Of a stretch of 64,000 nucleotides of DNA, positions 61,056 through 64,000 are shown piece by piece (position 1 is the stretch's first letter; the number at the start of each line of letters is the position of its first letter). The stretch covers positions 22,199 through 86,198 of the forward strand of contig DHVE01000135.1 in the NCBI GenBank assembly GCA_002412495.1. Direction: 5' to 3'. The notes beneath the pieces were generated by a model. That model was not told where the DNA came from and searched no databases. It saw only the letters and a list, made by a program, of their open reading frames with translations. The position numbers and the translations under genes are program-made. The stretch is from Betaproteobacteria bacterium UBA5216 (lineage in GTDB: Bacteria; Pseudomonadota; Gammaproteobacteria; Burkholderiales; SG8-41).

Positions 61056-61663
61056 CGTGGCATCACCGCATCGGGCAACGGAAATGGATGCTCGCTCACT
61101 TCGTGCGCCAGCACTTCCGCCGAAGTCGTCAGCGCGTGCACGCACTGTTCGGCAATGTCCGCGCCGCGCTTTTCGATCAGCGACGCATCGCGATCGCCCA
61201 CCGGGTGCGGCACCACGGCGAACGGCAGACTGGCATGGCCGATGCCTTCCGCCGTCACTTGCGCCAAGGGCGCGAAGGCCGTGCTCACCACAGTAATCGT
61301 CGGTATGCCCAGCGATTCGAGTTCGGCCGCGTCACGCGCGGTCCATGGGGTTGACGAGCCTCAGTGGCCGACACCGTTGATGACCGCATCGCAACCGGCG
61401 GCCATTTCCTTGGCGAAGGGCGAAGGCTTGCCGAGATAATCCTTGCGCCAGAATGTCACCTGCGCACCATGTTCGCTTTGCAGTTTCTCCGCGATGCCGC
61501 GTAGCACGATATCGGCGAATTCCTTGTGGTTGTCGAGCACGCCGATGCGCGCGCCGCGCAGCGTTGACAGGCGCGTGGCCAGCACATGCGCCTCGGTTTC
61601 AATCGCGCCCGTGGGCACATAAACCGCCACGCCGCCGATGGTGCGGGTTTGCGATTGCGTCAT
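61052..61663 (-). CDS. UGSC-family selenoprotein (Sec at codon 101, UGSS variant), about 203 aa
   Basis: ORFs 61361-61756 and 61052-61291 share a frame, separated by one TGA: INGVGH-U-GSSTPWTARDAAELESLGIPT; IGVLDNHK motif; AAGGA RBS before ATG 61663. Confidence 0.82.
61325..61344 (-). promoter_or_regulatory. Putative bacterial SECIS hairpin
   Basis: GG(A)CCGCG-CGUGA-CGCGGCC; apical loop starts 24 nt after the UGA, with G at loop position 2. Confidence 0.55.
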
Positions 61664-61761
61664 GGTTAGTTCCTTTCCGGTGGTATCCTTCGCGACTCGC
61701 ATCGTAGCCCGCCGGGCAGCGCCGCGCCAGCTTTGGTCATGCAATAAATCTTTCATTCGCG

Positions 61762-62724
61762 ATGTCTATGTTACGAATATTCCTGTTCACCGTCCTGCTC
61801 CACCTGACCGCCAGCTTGCATGCACAAACCTGGCCGGCCCGTACGGTGCGCGTCATCGCCCCCTTCGCGGCGGGCGGCACCGCCGATTTACTGGGGCGCA
61901 TCACGTCCGGCAAACTTAGCGAAAACATGGGTCAATCGTTTATCGTCGAAAACCGCCCCGGCGCGGGCGGCGTGCTGGGTTCCGAACTGGTGGCGCGCAG
62001 CGCGCCCGATGGCTATACGCTGGTGGTGTCCGGGGTAGCATCCCACGCAGTCGCGCCCGCGCTGTCGCCGAAATTTCCGTTTGATCCGGTGAAGGATTTC
62101 GCGCACATCGCGCTCTTTGGCGGGCCGCCGTCGGTGCTGGCGGTGCATCCGTCACTCCCCTCCCGGGATTTGAAGTCATTCATCACGTTCGCGAAATCCA
62201 AGCCGCGCGAGCTGACCTACGGCTCGCCCGGCAACGGTACGCAGGGGCACCTGATCGCCGAGCTGTTCAAGCGCAGTGCCGGTATCGACATTCAGCACAT
62301 TCCTTACAAGGGTGCGAGCGGCGCGATGGTAGATGTGATCGCCGGACACACACACGCGATTTCCACCACGCTCACCACCGCCAGCTCGCATATCCGCACG
62401 GGACGGCTGCGCGCGCTCGCGATCAGCTCTGCCGCACGGCTGCCGGACTACGACGTGCCGACGTTTCGCGACGCAGGTTATCCTGAACTGGTGGCCACGA
62501 TCTGGTTTTCGCTGTCTGGCCCCGCCGCGTTGTCACCCGAGATCGTCAATCGGCTGAACACCGAAGTGCGCCGCGTGCTGCAATTGCCGGATGTGCGAGC
62601 ACGCCTGCGCCCGGAAGGCATCGAACCCGGCAACCTTGATCCAAAAGCTTTTACGGAATTTGTCGCATCCGAAGTCAAGCGCTGGGCGCCGGTGGTCAGA
62701 GCCTCGGGTGCGAAGGCTGACTGA
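61762..62724 (+). CDS. Bug/TctC substrate-binding protein
   Basis: PFAAGGTAD, ENRPGAGG, HIPYKGA. Confidence 0.92.
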   Translation: MSMLRIFLFTVLLHLTASLHAQTWPARTVRVIAPFAAGGTADLLGRITSGKLSENMGQSFIVENRPGAGGVLGSELVARSAPDGYTLVVSGVASHAVAPALSPKFPFDPVKDFAHIALFGGPPSVLAVHPSLPSRDLKSFITFAKSKPRELTYGSPGNGTQGHLIAELFKRSAGIDIQHIPYKGASGAMVDVIAGHTHAISTTLTTASSHIRTGRLRALAISSAARLPDYDVPTFRDAGYPELVATIWFSLSGPAALSPEIVNRLNTEVRRVLQLPDVRARLRPEGIEPGNLDPKAFTEFVASEVKRWAPVVRASGAKAD

Positions 62725-62769
62725 GTCTAGCGTCAAGCGTCAGGCGCCGCATAGAACGCACCGACCACG

Positions 62770-63249
62770 CTACGGCTGCGCATCAATCAGGATATTTGCC
62801 AGCGCTTTCAGATCAGACGGGAGTTCCCGATTGCCTGCCGGGATGTTACTCACAGCGAACATGTGTGCGATGGCGTCCAGTGCCTGCTGGTCGGTGAGCG
62901 TCCCTGGTGCGTCGGGCGGCATCGTCTGGCGCACAAACATGAAAAGCGCCGCGACGTTGCGTCCGGTCCATTTGCGCAGAAAGCTTGCCCGTGCGATCGC
63001 GGGTGAAGGCGGCATCTCGGGCTGGCCGGCGCCATTCAACTGATGGCCGTGGCACATCACGCAGACGGATGCGTGGATCTCCTCACCGCGCTGGTTCTGG
63101 GCCGCCGTATAGACGCCGCTCCACACCGATATCGGCTTTACCGGCTGTCCTGCGGCGCCCGCCGTGACGCAAGCCAGCGCAACACCGACGATCAGTGCCA
63201 ATGGCCGCGAGAACACAACACACAAACCCTTTTTGAAATTCTGTTTCAT
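62770..63249 (-). CDS. Periplasmic monoheme cytochrome c
   Basis: Signal peptide, GVYT.AQ..RG, CVMCH, TMPP.APG.L. Confidence 0.88.
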   Translation of the reverse strand: MKQNFKKGLCVVFSRPLALIVGVALACVTAGAAGQPVKPISVWSGVYTAAQNQRGEEIHASVCVMCHGHQLNGAGQPEMPPSPAIARASFLRKWTGRNVAALFMFVRQTMPPDAPGTLTDQQALDAIAHMFAVSNIPAGNRELPSDLKALANILIDAQP

Positions 63250-64000
63250 TCTGCCTCCTCTTCGGGCGAAACCCATGGCCGATCGATGTCGAGTTCGACT
63301 CGAACCACGATATTGGCGGTCGCATCAATGGCATTGCAGACGGGCATGTGGCCACGTCCCGAAACCAGCATATCGTGCTGTCCTTTCGCCACCCTGACAT
63401 GCACGTTTCCACTTTCGTCGGTCACGCCGCGGTAGGGATGTATCACCACGCTGGCGCCCGCAAGCGGCCTTTGTGTTTCGCGGTCAACAACGCTGACCGT
63501 AACTTCGCACTCAGGCGCCACGACCACATAAAGCGCCACGGGATACGCACGAGCCTCGTGTGGTGGCTCTCCGTCCCAGCCCGCAAACTTTACCGCCCAC
63601 GAGTGACTACCGGCGGCTGTCGGCGCGCAGGTCTCTACCTCGGCAAAATAAAGCGCGTCCGTTCCGGGCCACACCTCGCGGTCGAGCGTAGCCGTTGCCA
63701 CGCAAGCGCCACTTTGATCGTAAACGCCGAGTTCCCTGCCGCCAAGGTCACACCCGGCCCCGCAACGAGCGCCGACTAAAAAGCGCAAACGCTCCGCGGC
63801 GATCACCGCTGACGGCACGTCCCACACCGTCAGCTCTGTCGTGTGCGGTTGGCCAGCGGCGGCATAGGCACCATCGGCACTCTCGGCACTATCAGCACCG
63901 TTCTCCCTGTCAGTTTCCAACGGGCTTTCCGACTGCACGGATGCCACGGGGCTAGCCTCGCTCCTGGGCAATACTGCTGCCGGCAATGTAGCCGTGTACC
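63246..64000 (-). CDS. Hypothetical protein with C-terminal carboxypeptidase-regulatory-like beta domain (5' truncated by window edge)
   Basis: Frame open to the edge; V.D.ET..PLAGA.V, TDESG.V; ATGA overlap with the cytochrome c gene. Confidence 0.7.
   Translation of the reverse strand, partial: YTATLPAAVLPRSEASPVASVQSESPLETDRENGADSAESADGAYAAAGQPHTTELTVWDVPSAVIAAERLRFLVGARCGAGCDLGGRELGVYDQSGACVATATLDREVWPGTDALYFAEVETCAPTAAGSHSWAVKFAGWDGEPPHEARAYPVALYVVVAPECEVTVSVVDRETQRPLAGASVVIHPYRGVTDESGNVHVRVAKGQHDMLVSGRGHMPVCNAIDATANIVVRVELDIDRPWVSPEEEAE

Noticed and set aside
61052-61756. Two separate small ORFs or a nonsense pseudogene
   Set aside because: The single TGA falls at the redox-motif position, both halves are intact, a SECIS-like hairpin follows, and the 3' half is coupled to the next gene
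1-64000. tRNA/rRNA, transposase, integrase, prophage or defence genes
   Set aside because: No recognisable motifs; nearly all DNA is accounted for by other genes

Overview
GC-rich betaproteobacterial (Burkholderiales/Rhodocyclales-like) chromosomal window. Left ~41 kb and right ~8 kb are an accessory catabolic region: 15 Bug/TctC solute-binding genes without any tctA/tctB, two divergent LeuCD-like hydro-lyase pairs, two MmgE/PrpD proteins, an atypical acyl-CoA dehydrogenase, a Gfo/Idh/MocA-creatininase-VOC operon, and a yybP-ykoY Mn2+ riboswitch controlling a UPF0016 exporter. 41.8-56.3 kb is a conserved housekeeping block (hisGDCBHAFIE-tatABC, DegS/Q-like protease, petABC, sspAB). The top hidden feature is at 61052-61663(-), which the ORF track splits in two. 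It reads as one ~203-aa UGSC-family selenoprotein with an in-frame UGA (H-U-G-S-S variant), a SECIS-like hairpin, and translational coupling to an uncharacterised partner gene followed by an ABC exporter. Intergenic spaces hold several palindromic repeat families, including inverted heptamer arrays at many housekeeping gene junctions and nested REP-in-REP elements. No tRNA, rRNA, CRISPR or transposase was seen. All calls come from motif reading only; no searches were run.
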